Positions 20,494 through 35,882 of a DNA stretch of 64,000 nt are shown here, in pieces. Position 1 is the stretch's first letter. Each line of letters starts with the position of its first letter. Location: the NCBI RefSeq assembly GCF_009914755.1, contig NC_060933.1; one strand, given 5' to 3'. The stretch comes from the human T2T-CHM13v2.0 reference genome, Homo sapiens. A model generated the notes under the pieces. The model was not told the origin of the DNA. It searched no databases and saw nothing but the letters and a program-made list of their open reading frames with translations. Made by a program: the position numbers and the translations under genes.

Positions 20494-20690
20494 CAGTCAT
20501 CCCTGGGTTTACAGGGTATTGGTTCCAGGACTCCCATGTATACCAAAATCTACACATGCTCAAATCCCACTGTAGGCCCTGTGCATATTTGAAGTCAGTC
20601 CTCCATATAAGTGGATTTCGAGTCCCTCCAATACTGTATTTTTTATCTGTGTTATATTGAAAAAGAAATCTGCATATAAGTGAACCAATA
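20494..20690. mobile_element. MER2-like Tigger MITE fragment
   Basis: TA + cagtcatccct...ggttccaggac...ataccaaaatc terminus. Confidence 0.6.
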
Positions 20691-20931
20691 CTTATCAGCC
20701 AAAAAGATACCGATGACCAGTTAATGCTGGTAAACTTTGATCTACCTTAACCTTTGTGACTCAGTGTAATTTTTTCTAAGCCTAACTAAGGGAAAATTAT
20801 ATATTTTCTTGAGTGACTCCTCAGAATATATCATAGTGAAAGACATTAAGGATTATTGTTTTGATTGTTTAAAATTAATAGTAATTGCTATGAATAGCAA
20901 TTCATAAAAATTGCTTTTAAAAAATCACAAT

Positions 20932-21000
20932 ACAGTTGATCCTTGAACAACACAGGTTTGAACTGTATTGGTTCACTTATATGCCGATTTCTTTTTCAAT
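20932..21000. mobile_element. Tigger2/MER8-like terminal fragment
   Basis: TA + cagttgatccttgaacaacacaggtttgaactg TIR. Confidence 0.65.
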
Positions 21001-21199
21001 AGATTTCTTTTTCAAAATTCAGATTTCTTTTGCAAAATTCAGCCTGAACCAGCAATGTATGAAACATACTCACAACAATAATTTGTGGTAGACTGAGGGA
21101 TTGAAAGATTATGAAAAATAGAGGACAAGATGTTACCAAAGCTATAAAAGGTTATCAATGAGTAATCTATTAATCTATTATAATTAGGGTTAGGAAGAG

Positions 21200-22541
<1,342 letters not shown>

Positions 22542-22711
22542 TTATTATATTATAATGGGATTTATTTGGATAATTACTTAGATAATTTGTTGCATTTTGT
22601 ATATATTACTTTATACCACTTAGTAGAAAATAGAAAAAGTGAAAGTACTGCTTATAATGACAGTGCAATTGGGAGCAAGATGGACTCATTAAGTTTGCCA
22701 AAAGCAATAGT

Positions 22712-23037
<326 letters not shown>

Positions 23038-23380
23038 TCATTAGTTTCAACCTAATGTTTATTGGACTAAAGATGATCTACTGTGTACTCAATAATTAAG
23101 GGAAATAACAAAATTAAAGAATATGAGAAATATGCTAGATTAACTCAACTCTTGCTCAAAAACCTCATTTAAATGATAGTAAAGGAATATTTAATGTAAT
23201 TCAAAAGAACAGAAACAAGATACTAACACATCCTTAGAAGATGAAAAGCCTATGGATTACTTGTTGATCTCTACCCCAGAGAAACTCTGCACACAGTGGA
23301 ATGTACAAGAATGTTTAGAACATTGTTTGTAAGAGTAAAAAATAGAAACAACCTGAATATACATCAAAAAGAGAATGATT

Positions 23381-23702
<322 letters not shown>

Positions 23703-23759
23703 TTATGGTATACTTAAACAATGGAATATGATAGATTAGTAAAAATGAATGCCATGGAA

Positions 23760-23975
23760 CTAGGGTCAGCAAACTGTGGCCCACAGGCCACATCCTATAC
23801 TCTGATACCTATTTTTGTAAAAAAAGTTTTGTCAGAACAAAGTTTTATTCATTCATTTATATACTGAGTGGAGCTGCTTTTGTAGAACTGTAGAATGAAG
23901 TAGTTGCAATACAGATCATCTGCCTTCAAGATCTGACATATTTACCCTCTGACCCTTTAAGAAAAAGTTTGTACT
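23760..23975. mobile_element. MER58-like hAT MITE
   Basis: agggtcagcaaactgtggcccacaggcc...ccctttaagaaaaagtttg. Confidence 0.6.
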
Positions 23976-24317
23976 AGAGCTACACGTCAACACGAACAGA
24001 TCCCAGAAAACTAATAATGATTTTAAAAAAGCAAGTTTTAAAGTTATAAAAAAATCATGTTAAGTTTAAAAAGACACCCAAATTTATTATTGTTTAGAAA
24101 TACACATACACATATTAAAAGTATAAAGATGCACATGACAATAATAAATCCCCAATTCAAGACAATGTTTATCTCTTTGGAAAAGAGAGAGAAAAGGGAA
24201 TGTAAGCAGAGAGGGGTTTTAACTATTCGAAACATTTCTAAAGCAAGGTGGTGAATACAAGAGTGTTTACTATATTATTCTCTCTACCTTTTAAAATATG
24301 GCTAATATATTTCATAA

Positions 24318-24645
<328 letters not shown>

Positions 24646-24677
24646 TAAAAAGGGATTGAAAAATTAGATAGAAGAGT

Positions 24678-25690
<1,013 letters not shown>

Positions 25691-25737
25691 GTTGAACCTT
25701 AAGTTAACCCCATCATTAGGATGTTGAACCCTAAATG

Positions 25738-26782
<1,045 letters not shown>

Positions 26783-28160
26783 CTGTCATCAGTATAAGAA
26801 ATGAGCTAATTGATTCAAAGACCCTCAGAAATGTTCGGCAATAGGAATGACAAATTGCAGAAGGCAGAGGAAGGCATAAGATTGAAAATGGGGATACATT
26901 GCAAGTCTTTAGTGAGAATCCCAGGTCCCCACTCCTACCTGAGCTATCGGATTGTCCAAAGAACCAGGGTCACTCACTGCAGAAAAGAAGTTTATTCTTT
27001 GGACAAAGTTCAAAGTTATTTGGACAAAGTTCAAGGGGAAGCCTCCAGAGAAACAAGAGGGTCAATTGAAAGCTAAAGAACACTGGCCAGGGAGGAAGGA
27101 GACCAGAGGTTTAAACTTTAACACTCTTTCATTGGTTACATGTCCTTGTGCAAATCATTTCACCATTTGCTAAAGAGAAGGTTAGACCAGAATGAGCTCT
27201 AAAGTAGATTTTCATAGTAAAAATATGTGATTCTATTAAAAAGAAAGAGCACACTTTGACTAATTTAATATGACTAATTTAAGTAATGAGCAACCATATT
27301 AAGTGCTTTTTAGCCAATGGAAATTCTAGTGCATTTCTTGTAACATGTAGTCCTTTCTAAAATAGCATTAGAGATTATAATCCAAATCCTCCAGTTAAGA
27401 GAATTTAATGGTTTCCCCGCCCCATGGGACCAATGATAAGAGTATGGAACACGATATAGGGAATGGAAAGAATATGCATGCATCTAGGACTAGCGACTGC
27501 AAATATGTAACAACCCCTGAACCCAAAGCAACAGGGGAGGGAAAGATAGGTTACCAGAACATGGAAGAGCGAGTCACGTGGAGCAGGTCACCTGAAGAGG
27601 ACAAGTGACATCATGCAAAGGCAAGAGACAGCCTGACTTGGTCTTGCAGGGAGAAAGCCACGGGAATATCCTGATCTCATTCTCTTCGTATCATGCAGGT
27701 TTTTGTCTGTGCTCCCTCCCCGTTGGTCAACCTCAGTTGGAAGCTTGAGGGTACTGCCTCTATATTCTTCCTACTCTTGGACTCTAGGACTGCAAACAGG
27801 TAGAGAGTGGCCCTGGAGGAGAAAAAGGAAGACATCCAACATAAAAGGGCAGATGAAAAGGTATTAATCATAGCTTCAGAGGATAGGTTGTAATTCATTC
27901 TTTAAAAATAAGTTACTGGCTTTGAGACAGTAGTTAAGAAACAAGACATTCTGAAGTATAAGATTCTGGAATTTGTTCTACAATCAACCTTTTTCTGTTT
28001 TGCCTCTTGACTTGAACAAATATTGGATCATGACTGATGGTACAAACTTTAGTATTTGCTTTTCATCCATGTAAATAATTTCTCTTTATTTTCCCTGTTC
28101 ATATCCAAATGGTTTCAGCTACACACTTGGTAGTAAGGTATGATATGCCAAAACTGTCTT

Positions 28161-28503
<343 letters not shown>

Positions 28504-28959
28504 CTATTTTGTTTTTACAACTGGGCAGATGCCTAAGCACACAACAACAGTATTGCAGGCAAAGAGAGAAAACAGTACACAGTACTACATGGAGAAACAC
28601 AGGAAGGGTGTGTTTTGTTACATATACAATCATTACTTGCAGTTATTTGTTTATACCCTAAGTCGCCTACTGCATATGTAAATTTATGTTTCCAGATGTA
28701 ATTCATTTGGTCTGCAGGACAAATACATCATTTTTGAGTCTTACATCTCTAAACTCTGTGCTTAACAATATAGATTGTTTGGGATCTATACACAAATCCT
28801 ATACAGTCTCAGTAGATACCTAATTTTGAGACAGTCATCTTATCCCCTCCCCACCCCTGCAGTTCTCCATTAAAGCCCCATCACATTAAGAAAGATAAAT
28901 CTCATAAGAGTGTGTACAGGAGGTCTTAAAAAGTCCCTCTTTAAGAACTTTCCTATTTC

Positions 28960-29845
28960 TCTTCAATACGTCAAACTTCTATTTCCAGTGGTCAGTTAGA
29001 CATCTCCAGCTAGACAGATGCTATATTTTGGATGCATTTCAAATGCAACACAGCTCATTTGGAACTCATTGTATTTTCCCGACTTGCCTCCTCTACAAGT
29101 TCAGAGCATCACCATCTGCTCGAGCCATCAATTTAAATCTCCTAAGCTAGAAACTTGGGAACTGTTCTCAACATTCCATTTTCCTCATCCTTTATATCCA
29201 CAATCCTACAAGTTTTATAGGCTCAATTTTCTAGAATACTCTGGAATACATCCTCTCCTCTCCTACTTACCGCCACTAATTTCACCAAAACTGACACAAT
29301 TGCCTCCTCTGTAAACTTTCTGACAATAAGTTCTCCCCTCATGTCCCTCTTCCTTACTTTTTCCCTAAGGCATCTGTCCAGATTCCTTTTGCTATTATTT
29401 CAAATGCATATTTAATTACATCCATCTACTCCTTAAAAATCTTAGTTTTTCCCTGGGGCCCACAAAAATCATCTGCTTTGAATGTTAATTTTCACACACT
29501 GCCCTTTTCTATTTAGTCAACCATTCTCTGATTTGCAGTCTCTTCTGACCTGTAAAAAATGCACACTTTTTTGTCTTTGTTTAAGCACTCTTTCCTCTTT
29601 GGGCATACTCTGTTTATCTAAATCTTCTCCATAACAGCAGTACTAAAATAATTTATTGTGTACTACTAAGGGATAGTATGCAAACCACTTTACAATCATT
29701 AGGTTATTTCAAGCACCATTTTACATTGAGGAAATTGAGGATGTTATTTGTACAAGATCACATTTTTAAGCAAGCAGTAAAACTGGGATTATAATTCCGG
29801 TCTATCTCAATCCATGAACTGAACATTTAAATGCTGCCTCCTACT
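28960..29845. mobile_element. Ancient L2 and MIR remnants
   Basis: gacatctcca...ctagaaacttggga (L2-like) and ccattttacattgaggaaattgagg (MIR core-like). Confidence 0.5.
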
Positions 29846-30180
29846 ACAATGTATCACATAACTCGTGTCAAGTTGTACAGTTATTTTTAAGCTTCCAGAT
29901 CATTCTAGTTCCCCTTTTCTTAATCATTCTAGTTCTCCTCTCATCTGTAATCATGGTTTGCGCCAACATCAGTGTTTAGTACTAAGTTATTCTTTAATAT
30001 TTTATTTTTGTTAAATCTTATCTCAACTAGATTGTAATTTGTTTTGTGAGAGGTAACTAAAAAAAAAATCCTAACGTAACTCCACAAAGCCATAGTATAA
30101 CGTTATAATAGTAAATAGCATAACCTTATAATAAATAGTTTCGCCTTATTGAGGTAGGTAGTAAGTGTGCTTTAGGTAGA

Positions 30181-30259
30181 TTTGGTTGGTGCAAATGTAA
30201 TTGTGGTTTTTGCCACCGAAAGAAATGGCAAAACCCCAATGACTTTTGCACCAACCTAA
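30181..30259. mobile_element. MADE1 (Hsmar1-derived MITE, ~80-bp palindrome)
   Basis: ggttggtgcaaatgtaattgtggtttttgcca...tggcaaaaccccaatgacttttgcaccaacctaa: two Hsmar1 TIRs. Confidence 0.9.
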
Positions 30260-30349
30260 ATATCATCTCATTTACATATGTAATAAATACTCAATATTTG
30301 CTTTAATTAAAATAGGGGTAGACAAGTGAATTATATTTAGAGGTTCTAG

Positions 30350-30751
<402 letters not shown>

Positions 30752-30973
30752 TGATATACTACTGGATTTGTCTGTGCTTGTAATTATTTTAGCTGTTTAT
30801 TAGTTTATTACAAAAAAATGGTACTGTACCTTTATGGGAATAATTAGCACCTATGTGAATATTTAAGTTACCGATTTTGGCAAATGTGAAGTCCAAGTTG
30901 TCTTGTTTTGTTTACGTTTATATCCTCTCTCCCTTCTTGAGAAGACATATTTTCATTTAAAATAAACCCACTT

Positions 30974-31258
<285 letters not shown>

Positions 31259-31442
31259 TAAACCCACTCACCCCCACCCCGACTCCCCAGCTGTAGCAGG
31301 GAAGGATTAAGAAGGCGGGGTGGGGGGTGGGGGAAGCCCTGTTAGGTAGTGCTGCGTTGGGCCCACTTCTGAGGGTTTAATCCTAGTAGGGTCTTTGGAG
31401 TTCTTTCTTCGGAGGCGCGTAGCTCTGCATTATTTAAAACTG

Positions 31443-31716
31443 TTTCCCGCAAACCCGCAATCCCTTAGGCCAAAGGCACCCCTAACGCGGAAAGTCTACG
31501 AACGGAAATGTCCGGAGTTAGAGAGCGGCCTTTCGGGCAGCTGCCCCGACTTCTCCAAGGCCGGAGGGCCGGCTGGGAGCGCTGCAAGCCAGAGAGGGCG
31601 ATCCCAGCGGGACCCGCGGCCTGAGGATAGGCCTGGAGCTGCCGCCTCCGCCAGGCGACGGGAAACCCTCGGAAGTGGGTTTCCGCGCGAAAGTAGCATT
31701 GCGGCCAGGCGGGAAA
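31443..31716. promoter_or_regulatory. Cluster of E2F consensus sites
   Basis: TTTCCCGC 31443-31450, GCGCGAAA 31685-31692, GGCGGGAAA 31708-31716 all fit TTTSSCGC. Confidence 0.6.
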
Positions 31717-32199
31717 CGTGTTCGCGAAGCAGGAGGGCCCCCGGGGCCTTTCCCGGGCGACCCGACCCGCCAGGCCGCGTGGCGGGAGCTTTCCTGTTGA
31801 GCGCGGTGGAGCGCACACATTTCCTTCAGTTCTTTCTCGGAAGTTTAGGCCGCACCCACCCGCGCCCCCTTTCCAGGATTATACAAGTGCACGCCAGGGT
31901 TTCTTATTTTTGGTGTGTTTTTGAGACCAAAGAACCATATCCGCTAAGCCTGAGGAGGCACCCGCCCCCTCAGCTCTGAAACGAGGCCTCAAAACGGCAA
32001 CCGATGTGGTAGCCGCGCAATCTTCCGAAACCCAAAGGCTAGAGGGCGTGCCCAGTGGCCAGGTGCAGGCGGTGGGGCAAGTAACGGCTTTTGGTAGCCC
32101 CGCCCCTCCGACCCGCCCTCTCCGCGCCTGCCCATTTTCGTTCCCTCGGGTCTGTAACCCTCTCCCGGGCCGCTTCCTCTTTAAGGCGGAGCCCGGCGT

Positions 32200-32215
32200 G
32201 GATCTCGCGAGATCC
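32200..32215. promoter_or_regulatory. CGCG element (TCTCGCGAGA; BANP-type motif, formerly assigned to Kaiso) within a perfect 16-bp palindrome
   Basis: GGATCTCGCGAGATCC is its own reverse complement; core TCTCGCGAGA at 32203-32212. Confidence 0.8.
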
Positions 32216-32546
32216 GGCTTGGCGCCGTGACCTCCATGTGGGAGCTCCAGCTCTATAAGTAAACACTCTGCGCGGCGCAGACATGGCCTCTTCCTATCTT
32301 TGAGGCGGTGTCTGCGGCAGCGCCTCAGAGTGGTTCCGGTCGTCTCTCCTCAAGTCGGCTAGTCGGGCGCGCGCGCTGAGAGTCGTCGCCGCCTGTCGGG
32401 CCCGGCGTCCGGTCGGTCCGGTGGGCGCGCTCGCCCGCCTGCCGCTGAGGGCCCGAGCCGCAGGGAAAGCGGCGCGGGCCGGGCGGGGCGCGGCGCCCAG
32501 AGCTCAGGGGGAGACAAAGGGGACCGGTTCCTCTCTAGGCGCCAAG

Positions 32547-32699
32547 ATGTGGATACAGGTTCGCACCATTGATGGCTCCAAGACGTGCACCATTGAGGAC
32601 GTGTCTCGCAAAGCCACGATTGAGGAGCTGCGCGAGCGGGTGTGGGCGCTGTTCGACGTGCGGCCCGAATGCCAGCGCCTCTTCTACCGGGGCAAGCAG
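32547..32699 (+). CDS. UHRF2: UHRF2 coding exon 1 (aa 1-51, ubiquitin-like domain N-part)
   Basis: gccaagATG at 32547 translates MWIQVRTIDGSKTCTIEDVSRKATIEELRERVWALFDVRPECQRLFYRGKQ, the UHRF-family UBL domain; donor CAG|GTGAGG; 153 nt, phase 0; lies in a CpG island. Confidence 0.97.
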
Positions 32700-34759
32700 G
32701 TGAGGCGCGCCCGCCGCGCCCCTAGCGAGGCTGGGGGCCGGAACAGCTGGGCTCCTCTGGACGCACCGGTCCGAGGGCTCTGTGCGCCGCGCGCGCAGGG
32801 CTCACCTGGCTCCGCTGCGGGTGGGCAGCCCCCGCGAGGCGCGGGGTGCGGGGCCCAGTCCCGCCGAATGGTGGGGAGTGGGTCCCTGCCAGCCCCAACT
32901 GGAGGTGCGCCGCGCGGGGTCAGAAGTGAGGGCGTCCGGAGCGCAAATATCTCGCCGTTTGTATTTGGTAGGACAGCGGCCGTAGGCACTGGGTGCCCAG
33001 GTCCCTCGCTTCCCGCGCTCGGCGGGGCCTGGGGCCCCCAGAGGGCGGGGAGGGCAGAGGGCTCTGGCGGCCATGCCACCGCGCGGGAGACCCGGAGAGC
33101 TGGCTAACCCGGCTGAGCGTTCGCCTGGCTTCCGCGGCTCTTCCGCGTCTTCGGCTCTCAAACAGGGGAAACTCGGGCATTGAGCTCTCAAGAATAAGAA
33201 CCCTAACTCTGCTTCCTGACTGTGGTAGGATTCGCGCAAACTGAAGATTCGAAGGGTTTCCAGAACTTCTGGTCCCTCTCCCTCGCCGCCTTTCCTAGGT
33301 TTGGAATGTCTCGAGGGAGGTTAGAGACCTGGGCATGAAGAAACTGTCGGTTTAACCGGGGGCCGGGTTTACGAATGCCCTATATAAGCCAAGAGTTTTA
33401 TTCCCGAAGTGAAAAGGAGTGTAAGACTGTTTGCTTTTCTTACTTCTCGCCTTCTAATACTCATGTCGTTCACGCTTTAAGCATAGCACTGCAGCATAGC
33501 CAGCGGTGCATACTTGAAGGCTGTCTGTGGGCATATCTGGTATTTTTATGGTCTGGCCAGTCTAAGTTTTTTTCCTATTCCACAAGTCTCTTACAATCTA
33601 TATCCCTAGCCACTCAGACCCATCGTATTTTTCTTTGTCTTCATGTTGTTGTTAATACACTAAAAAGTTGGCATCCTGAGTTGATAGACCACAGTTTGGC
33701 TCCAATCCTGTGGTTTTAAATAAGTGTAGCTCTTTGATTTGGTAGAAGTAGCCTACAGTTGCAAACTACTTAAAAGGAATATTTTCCTCCCCTTCACAGG
33801 CTTAGTCTTCGAAGACTGTCCAGAAATTTCATAGTAACAAATTACACTTTGGGAAGGAGAGAGCTTTTTTTTCCCCTTTCCTTCTCTCTTTAAAATAATG
33901 TTATAGCACCTTTGATTTGTGTTTGCAGCCAGTTTTGTACTGACTTCTTAGTGTTTGACTTGTAAAAACAGGTATTTAGTTGTAAGCTTTGCTTTTGAAA
34001 TAATTGTACACTTGTTAAATACTACATAGATTTGCTTTGCTGTGCCTCAAGTGGCTGATACCGTTTCCTTTTGATCACAAGTGAAAAAGCATGTAATCGT
34101 TTGATGCATTTTATTTTCTAGCTGGGGACAAATAGTACATGAATTCCTAGGACACTGGTGATTTCAGCACCAGAGATAGAAATGAAGGATGTTCTTGGGC
34201 AACACTCCTAAAATCTTTATTATCAAATATGCTAAAATAATTATCACATATGGGATTGGGTTAAATTCAAGGCAACAAAGTAGACTTTCAGTAAACTAGG
34301 AAGCTCATTCCAGATTCCAGGGAAAACTGAGGATAACCGTTGTACTTCCTCTTCCAGGGTCCTAGTGGGTAATTCACTACTTGGGTTTCTTCAGCCCAGT
34401 GATAAACCAGTAGGGTAGAGGAATAGACCTTTGGTGCCAGCCATTAACTTGGAAACAGAAAAGGAAGGTCATTGGTACCAGCTGTGTGTTCACTTTCTTA
34501 TGCGCTGACAAGTAGCTATGGCAATGAGTGTTATCTTTCGTGGTCTCTGGAGCTCCACAGATGAGGTAGCCAGCCTGTAGCAGGTAACTACTGGAATGGC
34601 ATCACAGAGAGTCCCCGTCCTGTAAAATACCATGTCCTCATTGGAAAAAGGTACCCCTACTTCAAAATACTTTACTGCCACGTAGTGAAAAATGTCATAA
34701 ATTGTAGACAATACATTTATTTTTATTTAAGTGGTACCCGCCCCCCATACTCCATTCGT

Positions 34760-35095
34760 ATGTTAGGCTCCAGCTTTTAATCTTTGGTATGTATCAGAAT
34801 CGCTTGTGGATATTTATTATAGATGTTCAGCTCACCCCAGAACTGCAAGTAGTTGAATTTAACAAGACCCCACGGGAGATTCTGATAACACCAGAGTTTA
34901 GAAAATGAATGTTGATAGATAGTCTCCCACTAGTCTCTTACTATTCAAAGTATGGTCCCTGGATTCTCAGGACCAGCAGCATTAGCTTTACCTGAAATCC
35001 TCACGCCAGACCTACTGAAGCTGACCTACTGAAGCAGAATCTGTATTTTAACAAGATCTCCAGGTGATCTGTATGTAGGTGAAGTTGGAGAAGGC
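34760..35095. mobile_element. MER5-like hAT MITEs
   Basis: ggaccagcagcattagc...cagacctactgaa...tttaacaagatctccaggtgat. Confidence 0.6.
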
Positions 35096-35113
35096 AGTGT
35101 TAATTGACTCCAC

Positions 35114-35423
35114 TTTTTTTGTTGTTGTTTTTGTTTTTTTTTTAAGCCGGAGTCTTGCCCTGTCGCCAGGCTGGAGTGGCGCGATCTCGGCTTACTACAA
35201 CCTCTGCCTCCCGGGTTCAAGCGATTCCCCTGCCGCAGTCTCCCAAGTAGCTGGGACTACAGGCGTGCGCCACCACTCCCGGCAAATTTTTTGTATTTTA
35301 GTAGAGACGAGGTTTCACCATTTTGGACACGATGGTCTCTATCTAGGACAGGACCTCAGGTGATGCGCCCACCTCGGCTTCCCAAAGTGCTGGGATTACA
35401 GGCGTAAGCTACCGTGCCCAGCC
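35114..35423 (-). mobile_element. AluS (Sc-like)
   Basis: Antisense Alu; TSD ttgactccac. Confidence 0.88.
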
Positions 35424-35591
35424 TTGACTCCACATTTGAGGGTCAAAATGGAGACCTGCAATTCAGGGCTATAAGTTTTGGTTAGAGTAGGATAACATGC
35501 TGTGAACATTCTTATCTGGGAAGTTGAGTTTGAGGCACGCGGGGGATTGGGTCTTTTTAAGGAAGAGATTATGTTGGTGGATCTCTAAATC

Positions 35592-35882
35592 TTTTTTTTT
35601 TTTTTTTTTTTTTTTTGAGACGGAGTCTCGTTCTGTCGCCCAGGCGGGAGTGCTGTGGCGCGATCTCCGCTCACTGCAAGCTCCGCCTTCCGGGTTCACG
35701 CCATTCTGCCTCAGCCTCCCGAGTAGCTGGGACTACAGGCGCCCGCCACTGCGCCCGGCTGATTTTTTGTATTTTTAGTAGAGACGGGGTTTCACCGTGG
35801 TCTCGATCTCCTGACCTCGTGATCCGCCCGCCTCGGCCTCCCAAAGTGCTGGGATTACAGGCGTGAGCCACCGCGCCCGGCC
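35592..35882 (-). mobile_element. AluYd8 (young subfamily)
   Basis: 12-bp left-arm deletion (GAGACCACGGTG) plus diagnostics GCGCAGTGG, CCGGAAGG, GAGCGGAG, CCACAGC, CTCCCGCC, AGAACGAG; pure T-run of 25 nt; TSD taaatctttt. Confidence 0.85.

Larger units (their letters stand above)
31400..33300. promoter_or_regulatory. UHRF2: CpG island / UHRF2 promoter, 5'UTR and start of intron 1
   Basis: Abrupt switch to GC-rich, CpG-dense, repeat-free sequence around exon 1; GC box GCCCCGCCCC at 32097-32106; ETS-like CGGAAGT/CGCTTCC; E2F-like sites. Confidence 0.93.

Noticed and set aside
31271-31333. C-rich/G-rich 11-bp inverted pair and possible G-quadruplex
   Set aside because: Low-complexity match with only three adjacent long G-tracts; not distinguishable from chance
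31395-33244. Multiple overlapping 70-230 aa ORFs on both strands
   Set aside because: Low-complexity Arg/Gly/Pro/Ala products expected from stop-poor CpG-island DNA; only 32547-32699 has recognisable homology and a splice donor
34490-34711. 73-aa minus-strand ORF in non-repetitive intron 1
   Set aside because: Non-ATG start, no recognisable homology and no retrocopy hallmarks; length is within chance expectation
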